Assembly (NCBI RefSeq): GCF_044324785.1
Contig: NZ_CP172127.1
Strand: one strand, 5' to 3'
Origin: Escherichia coli
GTDB taxonomy: Bacteria > Pseudomonadota > Gammaproteobacteria > Enterobacterales > Enterobacteriaceae
Length of the DNA: 64,000 nt
Shown here: positions 1 to 9,322 of the stretch, in pieces
How the letters are laid out: every line of letters begins with the position of its first letter
How positions within the stretch are numbered: position 1 is the first letter of the stretch
The notes under the pieces: generated by a model
Seen by the model: the letters and a program-made list of their open reading frames with translations, nothing else
Told to the model about the DNA's origin: nothing
Databases searched by the model: none
Made by a program: the position numbers and the translations under genes

Positions 1-168
1 CCAATTGATGAGCAAAAGACAATAACGAATTACTTGAGTGCAGCAACGATAAACATTGATTTACTGATTCAAGAGACTGATAAATCGATTGATCTTCTAA
101 AAGAACACCGCACATCGCTGATCAACGCGGCTGTCACAGGAAAAATAGACGTCAGGGAGGCGGTGTAA
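1..168 (+). CDS. hsdS: Type I R-M specificity subunit HsdS, C-terminal fragment (5' end outside window)
   Basis: Frame open from position 1 to TAA at 166-168; translation ends ...EHRTSLINAAVTGKIDVREAV, the conserved C-terminal helix of HsdS; stop overlaps the hsdR ATG (TAATG). Confidence 0.7.
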   Translation, partial: PIDEQKTITNYLSAATINIDLLIQETDKSIDLLKEHRTSLINAAVTGKIDVREAV

Positions 169-3100
169 TGGCTGCACATCATGAAGTGCATTTTGAACAA
201 TATATTACCGAGCAGTTGGTGAACAATGGCTGGAAAGAAGGCCATTCCTGCCACTATGACCAGCAACGCGCCCTTTACCCGCAAGATGTCATGGATTGGG
301 TAAAGGCCACCCAGCCAGATGCCTGGCACAAACTGAATAAACTGCATGGTGTGAATGCCGAGCAGGTGCTGTTGGAGCGTTTGGAAAAAGCCCTCTCTTC
401 CCACAAAGCTGGCAGTAAAACAGGTGGCACCATTAATGTGCTGCGTAAAGGCTTTACCATTGCAGGTTGCGGCACGATTGCCATGGGCCAACGCAAACCC
501 GAAGATGCGCGCAATGAAGAGCGTATAGCCCGTTATGAGCACAACATTTTGCGCGTGGTGCGCCAACTGAAATATTGCCCGACTCGCGAGTGGGAAATTG
601 ACTTGGTGTTCTTTATCAACGGTCTACCCGTTGCCACCGCCGAGCTAAAAACCGATTTTACCCAGTCGCTAGAATCGGCGATTGCGCAGTACAAAGAGGA
701 TCGTCTGCCCGTTGACCCAAAAACCAAGCGTAAAGAGCCGCTGTTAACCTTTAAACGCGGTGCAGTGGTACATTTTGCCATGTCTGATACAGAAATCGCC
801 ATGGCGACCAAACTGGCGGGAGAAAATACCTATTTTCTGCCCTTCAATAAAGGCCATGATGGTTCTACCTCTGATTTGCCCGTACACATCAACTTGCCGG
901 GTGAAGATGGAGAGTATCCGGTCAGCTATTTTTGGCAAGAAATTGCCCAAAAAGATAATTGGCTACGCATTTTCTACAGCTTTGTGTATGTCGAAACCAA
1001 AGAGGTTGCCGATAGCAATGGCAAGGTTGAGCGTAAGGAAACACAGATTTTTCCGCGTTATCATCAGTTAGCCGCAGTCAACAAGATGATTGATGATGCC
1101 CGCCAGAACGGCGCAGGCATGCAGTATCTTTGTGAGCACAGCGCCGGTTCGGGAAAAACCTCTACCATAGCCTGGACGGCCCATGATTTGATTCGTTTAC
1201 GCAGCACCGATGGTAAAGCGGTCTTTAAATCAGTGATCATTGTGACCGACCGCACCGTGCTGGATTCGCAGTTGCAAGATGCGGTGCAACAGCTGGATCA
1301 TCAATATGGGGTGATTAAGGTGATTGATCGCGAAAAGAGCAGCGAGTCGAAATCAAAACAGCTGACTGAAGCGCTATTGACTGGCACGCCGATCATTGTA
1401 GTGACGATTCAAACCTTCCCATATGCGTTAGAAGCGATTCTGACCAATCAATCTTTGGCACAAAGTAACTTTGCGGTGATCATCGATGAAGCACACACCT
1501 CGCAAACAGGCTCTACAGCCAAAGGGTTACGCGCAGCGCTTACTCTAAACCTTAGCCCTCAAGAGTTGGAGCAAATGAGCATTGAGGACATTCTTACTAA
1601 GGTGCAAGAAGCGCGCGCCATGCCCAAGAACGTTTCGCACTTTGCTTTTACGGCAACACCCAAGCACAGCACCAAGATGTTGTTTGGCCGCCCGAAAGAC
1701 CCTAACCAACCAGTGTCAGATGACAATCTTCCTGAATCGTTCCACCTCTACACCCAACGTCAGGCCATTGATGAGGGTTTTATTCTTGATGTGCTGGAGA
1801 ATTACACCCACTACGATACAGCCTACAAAATTGGTGAGAACAATCTGGATGAGAAGCGCGTAGACAGCAAACAAGCTCGCCGCGCGTTGGCGCGCTGGAT
1901 GTCACTGCACCCAACCACGGTCAGCCAAAAAGTCGAATTTATTATTAAGCACTTCAAGGCCAATATCGCTCACCTACTGGAAGGTGAAGCCAAAGCCATG
2001 GTGGTCACATCGGGCAGGCCACAGGCGGTGAAATACAAGCTTGCTTTTGATAAATACATTAAAAAGCATGGTATTGAAGGTATCCAAGCCTTGGTTGCCT
2101 TCTCGGGCAAAGTCCCCGGCAAAGATTTGGGTGATGAAGACAGCCAAGACCCGCTAGAAATTGATTTCGATAAAGAGTACACCGAGTACAACTTAAACCC
2201 AGACACGCACGGGGCTGACCTGCGCCATGAGTTTGAGAAAACCGAATATCGCGTCATGTTAGTCGCCAACAAGTTCCAAACGGGCTTTAATCAACCAAAA
2301 CTGGTTGCCATGTATTTGGATAAGAAAATATCCGATGTAGAAGCGGTGCAAACGCTGTCTCGCCTAAACCGCACCTATCCAGGCAAAGACACAACCTTCG
2401 TGATTGATTTTGTTAACGATCCACAAACCATTCTCAATGCGTTCAAAAAGTACGACAAAGGCGCGCAGCTTAATGAAGTGCAAGATGTGAACGTCATCTA
2501 TGACATCAAAGATATTTTGGATGAACAGAACATATACAACCATCAAGATTTAGAGTTGTTTAAGCAAGCGCGTGGTAAATCGATTCTCGGCCAATCACCT
2601 GACAAAAAGTCACACGCGCACAAGAAACTGCTAGCTGCCACACAACGCCCTACCGATGTGTTCAACGTTAAGCTCAAAGAGCTGGTTGATGCTGCAAACC
2701 ATTGGGATCAGCAATACAACAAAGCGCACCTTGCGGGTGATGAAAAAGCGGCGAACTACGCAGAATCTCAGCGCAGTGATTTCACCAAGCAGCGCGAAGC
2801 ACTAATGCGTTTTAAGTCAGATTTAGCTCGATTTGTGAAGCACTATAGCTATATGGCGCAATTGATTGAGTTTGGTGATCCTGAACTGGAAAACTTTGCC
2901 GCGTTTGCTCATTTGCTATCACGTCGATTGAAAGGGGTAACACCAGAAAACATCGATCTCAGTGCACTGGTACTAGAAAAATTCAAAATCAAATACGACA
3001 AAGAGCCGCTTCCAGAAGCGTTTAATCAGGTACTTGAACCTATCCGCCCCAACTATAACGACCCTGCGGATCGTGAACAGGCATTTCTTGCCGATATCAT

Positions 3101-3404
3101 TCGCCGCCTAAACGAACTGTTTGGCGATGTCGGCGACGAACCCGGTCGCCGAAACTTTGCCAACGGTACTATTACGCGTGTCACCCAAAATCCAATTGTG
3201 GTTGAGCAGATAGAAAAGCACGACAAGTCGATTGCCCTCAAAGGCGACTTGCCGCAAGCGGTGAAGCAAGCCGTTGTGCAGGCTCTGCTGAAAGAAGGTG
3301 ATATAGCCCGAACGCTACTCAAAGACCCACAAGTTATGGCAAGTTATGTTGAGTTGATTTTTGACATGATGAAGCAAGGTGCAGAACAGGCGGCGGTGAA
3401 ATAA
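168..3404 (+). CDS. hsdR: Type I restriction enzyme R subunit HsdR (1078 aa)
   Basis: Long ORF with SF2 helicase motifs (EHSAGSGKTSTIAW Walker A, IIDEAH DEAH box) and N-terminal nuclease region typical of HsdR; immediately follows hsdS. Confidence 0.9.
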   Translation: MAAHHEVHFEQYITEQLVNNGWKEGHSCHYDQQRALYPQDVMDWVKATQPDAWHKLNKLHGVNAEQVLLERLEKALSSHKAGSKTGGTINVLRKGFTIAGCGTIAMGQRKPEDARNEERIARYEHNILRVVRQLKYCPTREWEIDLVFFINGLPVATAELKTDFTQSLESAIAQYKEDRLPVDPKTKRKEPLLTFKRGAVVHFAMSDTEIAMATKLAGENTYFLPFNKGHDGSTSDLPVHINLPGEDGEYPVSYFWQEIAQKDNWLRIFYSFVYVETKEVADSNGKVERKETQIFPRYHQLAAVNKMIDDARQNGAGMQYLCEHSAGSGKTSTIAWTAHDLIRLRSTDGKAVFKSVIIVTDRTVLDSQLQDAVQQLDHQYGVIKVIDREKSSESKSKQLTEALLTGTPIIVVTIQTFPYALEAILTNQSLAQSNFAVIIDEAHTSQTGSTAKGLRAALTLNLSPQELEQMSIEDILTKVQEARAMPKNVSHFAFTATPKHSTKMLFGRPKDPNQPVSDDNLPESFHLYTQRQAIDEGFILDVLENYTHYDTAYKIGENNLDEKRVDSKQARRALARWMSLHPTTVSQKVEFIIKHFKANIAHLLEGEAKAMVVTSGRPQAVKYKLAFDKYIKKHGIEGIQALVAFSGKVPGKDLGDEDSQDPLEIDFDKEYTEYNLNPDTHGADLRHEFEKTEYRVMLVANKFQTGFNQPKLVAMYLDKKISDVEAVQTLSRLNRTYPGKDTTFVIDFVNDPQTILNAFKKYDKGAQLNEVQDVNVIYDIKDILDEQNIYNHQDLELFKQARGKSILGQSPDKKSHAHKKLLAATQRPTDVFNVKLKELVDAANHWDQQYNKAHLAGDEKAANYAESQRSDFTKQREALMRFKSDLARFVKHYSYMAQLIEFGDPELENFAAFAHLLSRRLKGVTPENIDLSALVLEKFKIKYDKEPLPEAFNQVLEPIRPNYNDPADREQAFLADIIRRLNELFGDVGDEPGRRNFANGTITRVTQNPIVVEQIEKHDKSIALKGDLPQAVKQAVVQALLKEGDIARTLLKDPQVMASYVELIFDMMKQGAEQAAVK

Positions 3405-3958
3405 TGAATACTGCGTTTCGGGTTTTACTTACGTTCAATGCAACATCACTACTAGTGATTATCTTTGCGGTACAAAAAGGGTACTCACTCGGATATTTCT
3501 TTGGTGGTTTCGCTTGCTTCGATTGGATAGCAGCACTTCCGAACGCAGTATCATATTTACTCTATTTTCTTATCCCTGTTTTATCGACTGGATTGAGTAT
3601 TTGGCTGAGTAAGTATTTGGGTAAAGACGATTTTAAGGCGGGTGAAGTAGCGAGTATTGAGCATGCCAATAACAGCTTCCTACCAAGTTATTTGGGTTAC
3701 TTTTTCGTGGCGTTGAGCATTGGTAACTGGGAGACATTGTGGTTTGTTTATGGCGTTTTGTTTGTTTTTACTCTCTTATCGCAAGCACTCTACTTTAACC
3801 CATTGTTTTTACTGTTTGGTTATGAGTTTTATAACATTACAACCAAAAACGGAACGGCCATTTTCCTTATTAGCCGAGAGCGCTACAAGAAGCCAGATGA
3901 CATCGAAATATCATTGGCTTATCGAATCAATAATTACACATTTATCGAGCGAGGATAA
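3404..3958 (+). CDS. Multi-pass membrane protein (184 aa), first gene of candidate two-gene defence module (KwaA-like architecture, unverified)
   Basis: ATG overlaps the hsdR stop; 4-5 hydrophobic helices (LLVIIFAVQ, FACFDWIAALPNAVSYLLYFLIPVLSTGLSIWL, YFFVALSIGNWETLWFVYGVLFVFTLL, LFLLFGYEF); visibly AT-richer than hsdR. Confidence 0.6.
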   Translation: MNTAFRVLLTFNATSLLVIIFAVQKGYSLGYFFGGFACFDWIAALPNAVSYLLYFLIPVLSTGLSIWLSKYLGKDDFKAGEVASIEHANNSFLPSYLGYFFVALSIGNWETLWFVYGVLFVFTLLSQALYFNPLFLLFGYEFYNITTKNGTAIFLISRERYKKPDDIEISLAYRINNYTFIERG

Positions 3959-4800
3959 TGATGGACCATGTACTGGCACATATAAAAACTAGAGCAAAAA
4001 AACGCATTTTCAAATTGGTTTCTGATCAATCTCTTTTTGATACCGTCACAATCGACTTAAATGCCTGTATTCCATACAATCCAGACCATAACCTTGACGA
4101 AGACTCATGGTTTAAAATTGAAGACTTTAGTCAAAAAGAGTTTTGTATTGAACTGCTAAAAAAAGACTATGATTCAAAAGACTACGATGACTTAACCAAA
4201 GATAACTTCGCCAAGATCGCCTACTTATTTGCAATTCAAGGTAATGATTTTTACTTTCAAAAAATCACTCCAAGCCTATTCGTAAAACGCAAAACGCTTG
4301 TTTTTGGTGAAGCCGCAGAAATTGAGAAGAGCCAAACACGTTTAGTAATAAACGCCTTACCTGATGCAGTGTACTTCAAAGTGGCCGATACCTTGATATT
4401 CAAAAATCTGGCAACGATCTCGAGCATTTTTAAAGGTATCGATGAGTTGTACAAGGAAGCAACAAAAGAAGAAGTTGAGCAGTTTTTAGATGCACAGTTT
4501 ATAGAGTTGGGTAATGACTACAACGTAGATAGCGTCTCAAAACCTAATAGAAAACGTATTGGCCTTGCTATGGCAACACTTGATGCGATGTCTGCTGACG
4601 ATAAAGCTAACATGCTTGATTATATCGACGGTTACTGCGGTGAACAGAAGCTGAAATTCGATAAAGAAAATCAGAAGTTTGAAATATCTAATGACGATGA
4701 GTTGAAGTTACTGCTTTATGGCATTGAACAACGCTTCTATACGACCCCGTTTGGCAAAGAAAAAAGGCTCGCTAACTCTGTAACCGCTATGGATAAATAA
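3958..4800 (+). CDS. Soluble protein of unknown function (280 aa), second gene of candidate defence module (KwaB/DUF4868-like by architecture only)
   Basis: Start overlaps the upstream stop (TAATGATG); acidic, K/D/E-rich, no hydrophobic segments, no motif I recognise; AT-rich. Confidence 0.55.
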   Translation: MMDHVLAHIKTRAKKRIFKLVSDQSLFDTVTIDLNACIPYNPDHNLDEDSWFKIEDFSQKEFCIELLKKDYDSKDYDDLTKDNFAKIAYLFAIQGNDFYFQKITPSLFVKRKTLVFGEAAEIEKSQTRLVINALPDAVYFKVADTLIFKNLATISSIFKGIDELYKEATKEEVEQFLDAQFIELGNDYNVDSVSKPNRKRIGLAMATLDAMSADDKANMLDYIDGYCGEQKLKFDKENQKFEISNDDELKLLLYGIEQRFYTTPFGKEKRLANSVTAMDK

Positions 4801-4820
4801 TAGCCCATTATCAGTAACAT

Positions 4821-5870
4821 ATGAAGGTTGATTCAATGGCCGATAACATCCCACAAGCTCCTCAAGGTGAGTTTGTTCTTTTCACCAGTGCTGATGGTCA
4901 AACCCGCGTTGAGTGTCGTTTTGAGTCTGACACCTTGTGGCTTTCTCAGGCTGCAATGGCAGAGCTTTATCAAGTTAGCTCTCAAGCAATCACCCAACAC
5001 GTAAAAGCTGTCTATTCTGAAGAAGAGCTTGAGCAAATTTCAACTTGTAAGGATTACTTACAAGTTCAACTGGAAGGTGGCAGAGAAGTAAAGCGAAGCA
5101 TTCGTCACTACAGTCTTCCGGTTATTCTTGCAGTAGGATACCGAGTTCGCTCAACACGTGGCACCCAGTTCCGCCAATGGGCAACCAGAATGTTGCAAGA
5201 ATACCTAATCAAAGGATTCGTCATGGATGACGAGCGCCTGAAAAATCCGCCCATTGGCCATTCTGCTGTGCCAGATTACTTTGATGAAATGCTGGAACGC
5301 ATTCGTGATATCCGAGCTAGTGAGCGTCGCGTTTATCTGCGAGTCAAAGAAATCTTTACCATGGCTGCTGATTACGAGCCATCTAACCAAGAGACCAACC
5401 GCTTCTTCCAAACCATTCAGAATAAGCTGCATTATGCTTGTACGCATATGACGGCTGCTGAGCTTATCGCCAGCCGTGTGGATGCCAGTAAGCCGGATAT
5501 GGGCTTAACCAGCTATAAAGGCGATGAAGTGCGCAAGACAGACGTTACTGTTGCCAAGAACTATTTGCGTGAAGACGAAATCAAAGAGCTTAATCGCATC
5601 GTCAATATGTGGCTCGACTTTGCTGAAGACCAAGCACTGCGTCGCAAGCAGGTATTTTTACAGGACTGGGCCGATAAGCTTGACCAGTTCTTGAGTTTTA
5701 ACGATAGAGATGTATTAAACGGTGCAGGAAAAATCTCCAAGAAAGACGCTGATGACAAAGCGAAATTGGAGTTTGACCGCTTTGCCCAGCAGCGCCGTCG
5801 TTTAAAAGAAGCCGAAGGCGCACGGGCCAATATCGCAGCCCTCAAGGCCATACTAAAAAAAGATAAATAG
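4821..5870 (+). CDS. RhuM-family protein (alternative start at ATG 4836)
   Basis: N-terminal segment LFTSADGQTRVECRFESDTLWLSQAAMAELYQVSSQAITQHVKAVY matches the RhuM family N-terminal region as I recall it; 20 bp downstream of the preceding gene, same strand. Confidence 0.55.
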   Translation: MKVDSMADNIPQAPQGEFVLFTSADGQTRVECRFESDTLWLSQAAMAELYQVSSQAITQHVKAVYSEEELEQISTCKDYLQVQLEGGREVKRSIRHYSLPVILAVGYRVRSTRGTQFRQWATRMLQEYLIKGFVMDDERLKNPPIGHSAVPDYFDEMLERIRDIRASERRVYLRVKEIFTMAADYEPSNQETNRFFQTIQNKLHYACTHMTAAELIASRVDASKPDMGLTSYKGDEVRKTDVTVAKNYLREDEIKELNRIVNMWLDFAEDQALRRKQVFLQDWADKLDQFLSFNDRDVLNGAGKISKKDADDKAKLEFDRFAQQRRRLKEAEGARANIAALKAILKKDK

Positions 5871-5927
5871 CCGATATAGTACAGCCCTGATCTCTAATGA
5901 GTTGAGGGCTGTGTTGTAAGATCATAA

Positions 5928-6604
5928 CTATAAAGGATTATCCATCTTAAAATCGTCGATATCGCCTGTCATTTTGAATAGATTGGTGTCATTCCAACGG
6001 CACAGTTGTCTAACCCGCATTAGATTTGAGTTGGCTCTGCGGATTATTGAGAAAGCATCTTCAACAGCAGTAATCACCGATTTTTCCCAATCTTGTGCTC
6101 GGGTAAAGGTGCTTTGTGAATAGCGATAATTGCCCTCACGGGGGAGGTAATGGCTGATCACCTGGTATTTGTCAGAATTCTTTTTAGGTTTAAACTCGTT
6201 GTAAACCCAGAAAATTTCGAGTTTTTTGTTTCTTTGCCTTACACGACAACCAAAATGACCTGGGTAGCCTTCAGAGTTTTTACCTCTATGTGCAACGTTG
6301 TTCAGCCAGAACAAGTCTGCAATTTTTTGTGCTATGTAGAAGTAGCGGAGCTGTTCTATTTCGGTTGATTTATGGGTGTAGTGTAGATATTGCTCTGATA
6401 TGGTTAAGGAAAAAGCATTGCGTCGTCTTGATTAACATTTGTGCTATTGACAATAAAGGTTTCCCAAATATTAATTTGTGTTTCTAGTCCTTTAAATGAT
6501 TTTGAGAAGGCTTCTATGTACTCAGATTGCGGTTGATTTCCCCCATTTAGTGCTGCACCAAATGTAGCTATCTGTTGTTCTAAAAATGAATGATTTTTGG
6601 TCAT
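5928..6604 (-). pseudogene. Hypothetical AT-rich gene, apparently frameshifted (66-aa frame 6404-6604 continuing in +1 frame to 5928)
   Basis: Good SD (AGAGGA) before ATG at 6604; second frame opens just before the first frame's stop and runs ~155 codons with no ATG (ORF track used TTG at 6314); abutted by the IS3-family TIR. Confidence 0.35.
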
Positions 6605-6630
6605 TACATAATCCTCTGTGTGGTTGATAC

Positions 6631-6664
6631 TGCGTATTTTCATGAAAGGAGATCACTCAATAAC
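6631..6664. repeat. IS3-family left terminal inverted repeat (34 bp)
   Basis: Exact reverse-complement match to 8296-8329; begins TG. Confidence 0.8.
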
Positions 6665-6712
6665 CCCCCTGTGTCAGCATAGTTGTCGCCTCAATTTTTT
6701 AAGGAGATAACA

Positions 6713-7225
6713 ATGCCAGGACAACCAATACCAAATGAGCTCAAAGAAAAAGGACTGATATGGCTTTTGCCACCATACTGTTGGTCACACCGTCAGATAG
6801 CCCGGAAGCTGAAGATCAGTGCCTCAGTTGTATCAAAATGGAGATGTGAGTTAGTGGAGCAAGGACTTTTACCTGAAAATGAAAAGATTACCTCCGTTGA
6901 TGTTGAAGACTGGACACCGGAGCGTCGATTCTCAGTTGTTCTTGAGACGGCTACGCTGTCAGAAATGGAACTTGCTGATTATTGCCGACGCATGGGATTG
7001 TTTGTTGAACAGGTTAAAGAATGGCGGGCTATCTCAATTCAGGCGCATGAAAAGAAATTGACGGAAAATATCCGAACAGACAGGGCATTGCGTGACGCAA
7101 AAAATAAGTTACGAGAACTGGAGAAAGAGCTTAAGCGCAAAGATAAAGCTCTGGCGGAAGCAGCTGCCCTGCTTATATTAAGGGAAAAGTTCAATGCCCT
7201 CTGGGACAACAGCGAGGAAGACTGA
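6713..7225 (+). CDS. IS3-family transposase OrfA (HTH plus leucine-zipper region)
   Basis: SD AAGGAG 6 nt before ATG 6713; C-terminal heptad-like LRELEKELKRKDKALAEAAALLILREKF. Confidence 0.6.
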   Translation: MPGQPIPNELKEKGLIWLLPPYCWSHRQIARKLKISASVVSKWRCELVEQGLLPENEKITSVDVEDWTPERRFSVVLETATLSEMELADYCRRMGLFVEQVKEWRAISIQAHEKKLTENIRTDRALRDAKNKLRELEKELKRKDKALAEAAALLILREKFNALWDNSEED

Positions 7226-8252
7226 CCCCTCTCCTGGAGCGGCATAAAATTATTTCTCTTGTCCGTGAGGCCGTCGCCAACGGCGCCCGGAAAGGTCAGG
7301 CTTGTAGGTGTATCGGTATTTCTATTCGGACACTTCAGCGCTGGACTAATGGCAACATCATCACCACGGACCGAAGATCCGATACTGTAAACAGCTCTCC
7401 CCGAAATAAGCTGTCAGAAGCGGAAAGATTGCGAATACTGGAGTTGTGCAACTCTCCAGAGTTTGCATCCTTGCCTCCAAATGTGATCGTACCAACTCTG
7501 GCAGACAGAGGTATTTATATTGCTTCTGAATCAAGTTTTTATCGTGTACTGAAATCAGCCAAGCAGTTGAAGAAACGATCCCGTGAATGCCAGTATAAAC
7601 TGGCCTGATGTACTCAGGGCCGTTGCACCGAATCAAGTCTGGAGTTGGGACATCAGCTATTTGCCGTCCTGGGTCAGAGGCCAGCATTTTTACCTCTATA
7701 TGATCGTCGATATTTACAGTCGCAAAATTATTGCTGCTGAGGTATTTGCCAGCGAATCTGGAAAACATGCAGCAGAACTACTCCAGCGTGCAGTATGGAA
7801 TGAAAAATGTTCATCCAACAATCTGGTACTCCATTCTGATAACGGTGGTCCCATGCGCAGTGACACGTTGTTGGCGAAAATGTATGCGCTTGGTGTGCTA
7901 AGTTCTTATTCCCGGCCAAGAGTCAGTAATGATAATCCTTACTCAGAATCTTTGTTCCGGACTCTCAAATATTGTCCCTGGTGGCCTGAGAACGGTTTTC
8001 GCACTATTGATGATGCCAGAGTATGGGTAAACCAGTTTTGTAAACTGGTACAACTTTGAACATAAGCACAGCGGGATCAAATACGTCACGCCAGCCGAGC
8101 GTCATCAAGGTAATGATATGAAAATACTGGCGGCCAGAAAAGCAGTATACCAGCTGGCACGCGAACAGCATCCTGAACGTTGGGGAAAGCATCTACGTAA
8201 CTGGGACTACATATCAGAAGTCTACCTGAATCCAGAAAAAGAGGCTGCATAA
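7222..8252 (+). pseudogene. IS3-family transposase OrfB (DDE integrase core), interrupted by extra frameshifts/stops
   Basis: Integrase-core sequence split over three frames (...CQYKLA stop; VWSWDISYLP...SDNGGPMRSDT...KYCPWWP; HSGIKYVTPAERH... ending 8252). Confidence 0.55.
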
Positions 8253-8295
8253 CGTAATTTTATTACAAAAGGCGACAACTACCTTGAAAAACGCC

Positions 8296-8329
8296 GTTAT
8301 TGAGTGATCTCCTTTCATGAAAATACGCA
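8296..8329. repeat. IS3-family right terminal inverted repeat (34 bp)
   Basis: Exact reverse complement of 6631-6664. Confidence 0.8.
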
Positions 8330-8866
8330 CCATGACCATACCCTCTGCAACCTGACCATCGTAGTCACGCAGCGTCAGTGAACCTCCGAACAACTGTTTT
8401 ACCCGGTACATCGCTGTTTCCGCTATCGAACGACGGTTATAATCTGTTGTCCATTTACACCGGGCATTACTTCCGGTCAGCCGCTGATTAGCCACTGCAC
8501 GGTTACGGTCTTCGTATTCACCGGGCTAGTAACCCGCACCTTTTCGGGAAGGGGTAAGCGCGCTGATTTTCTTACGCCTCAGTTCATCGTGACAGAGTCG
8601 GGGGTCGTAAGCCCCGTCTACCGCTGCAGCCATGATTTTTCTGTGAGTCTGTTGGAGAAGCCCCGGGAAGGCTTCTGAGTCCGTGACGTTGTTCAGCGAC
8701 AGGTCTGCACAGACAATTTCATGTGTGTTGCCATCAACAGACAGATGCGACGCCCCTCTTTGCCGTGCTTTTTGGCTTTCCTTTCGCCTTCCCCAAAGAC
8801 TTTTAGCCCGTTGGAATCAATCACGAGGTGTATGATTTCACCCCGGGTGGGGATTTATGTATAAGA
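8330..8866 (-). pseudogene. IS903-like (IS5-family) transposase remnant, C-terminal half only
   Basis: Minus-strand translation gives ...HLVIDSNGLKVFGEGE...THEIVCADLSLNNVTDSEAFPGLLQQTHRKI...RSIAETAMYRVKQLFGGSLTLRDYDGQVAEGM, recognisable as IS903-type transposase; in-frame stops present; cut by the IS3 TIR and lacking the N-terminal half and IS ends. Confidence 0.6.
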
Positions 8867-9032
8867 AACAGCGTATTCGTGAGGGGTGAGCCATGAATAA
8901 AATCCCTTTTGAAGTATTAATCCACTCTGAAAATGCATTAATCTGCGCAAAGGAAATGGACGCGTTATTAATTAAGTTAATTGATATTCCGGAAAGTGGC
9001 GATAAAACATATTCGATGACGGACAGGCGACA

Positions 9033-9305
9033 ATGTGGTTATCTGTGCTGGCGTTTGGCAGACAGGCCGAAGCACTGGCCAGACACCAGAAAGGCGAACT
9101 GGTAAGCGTGGCAGGTAACATGCAGGTCAGCCAGTGGACAGGGCAGAACGGGAAAACGCGGCAGGGACGGCAGGTTATCGCAGACAGCGTAATCAATACT
9201 CAAACGGTGCGGCCAGGAGGAAGCAGACGCGAAACCACAGGTACACAGGGTAATCAGCCACCAACGGGAGGCGACGCCACTTACGGAGATGATATACCCT
9301 TATGA
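9033..9305 (+). pseudogene. ssb: Single-stranded DNA-binding protein (plasmid/ICE-type SSB) remnant lacking its N-terminal part
   Basis: ...VLAFGRQAEALARHQKGELVSVAGNMQVSQWT...GDATYGDDIPL resembles the SSB OB-fold C-terminal half and acidic DDIPF-type tail; upstream frame is closed. Confidence 0.55.
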
Positions 9306-9322
9306 ATTAAGCGGGGCGCAAC

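Larger units (their letters stand above)
6631..8329 (+). mobile_element. IS3-family insertion sequence (~1.7 kb), orfB decayed
   Basis: Perfect 34-bp terminal inverted repeats TGCGTATTTTCATGAAAGGAGATCACTCAATAAC at 6631-6664 and 8296-8329 (reverse complement); orfA then integrase-core orfB in the frameshift arrangement; no matching flanking duplication found. Confidence 0.7.

Noticed and set aside
5881-5912. Possible bidirectional terminator hairpin between rhuM-like gene and the convergent orphan gene
   Set aside because: Stem ACAGCCCT/AGGGCTGT is only 8 bp with a 16-nt loop and no flanking T-run; too weak to call
6404-6643. ORF starting MKIR... at 6643, and the equivalent start of ORF 8214-8495
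   Set aside because: Both start codons lie inside the IS3-family terminal inverted repeats and read outward into unrelated DNA; they are hybrid artefacts, although the real downstream frames (orphan gene, IS903-like remnant) are annotated separately
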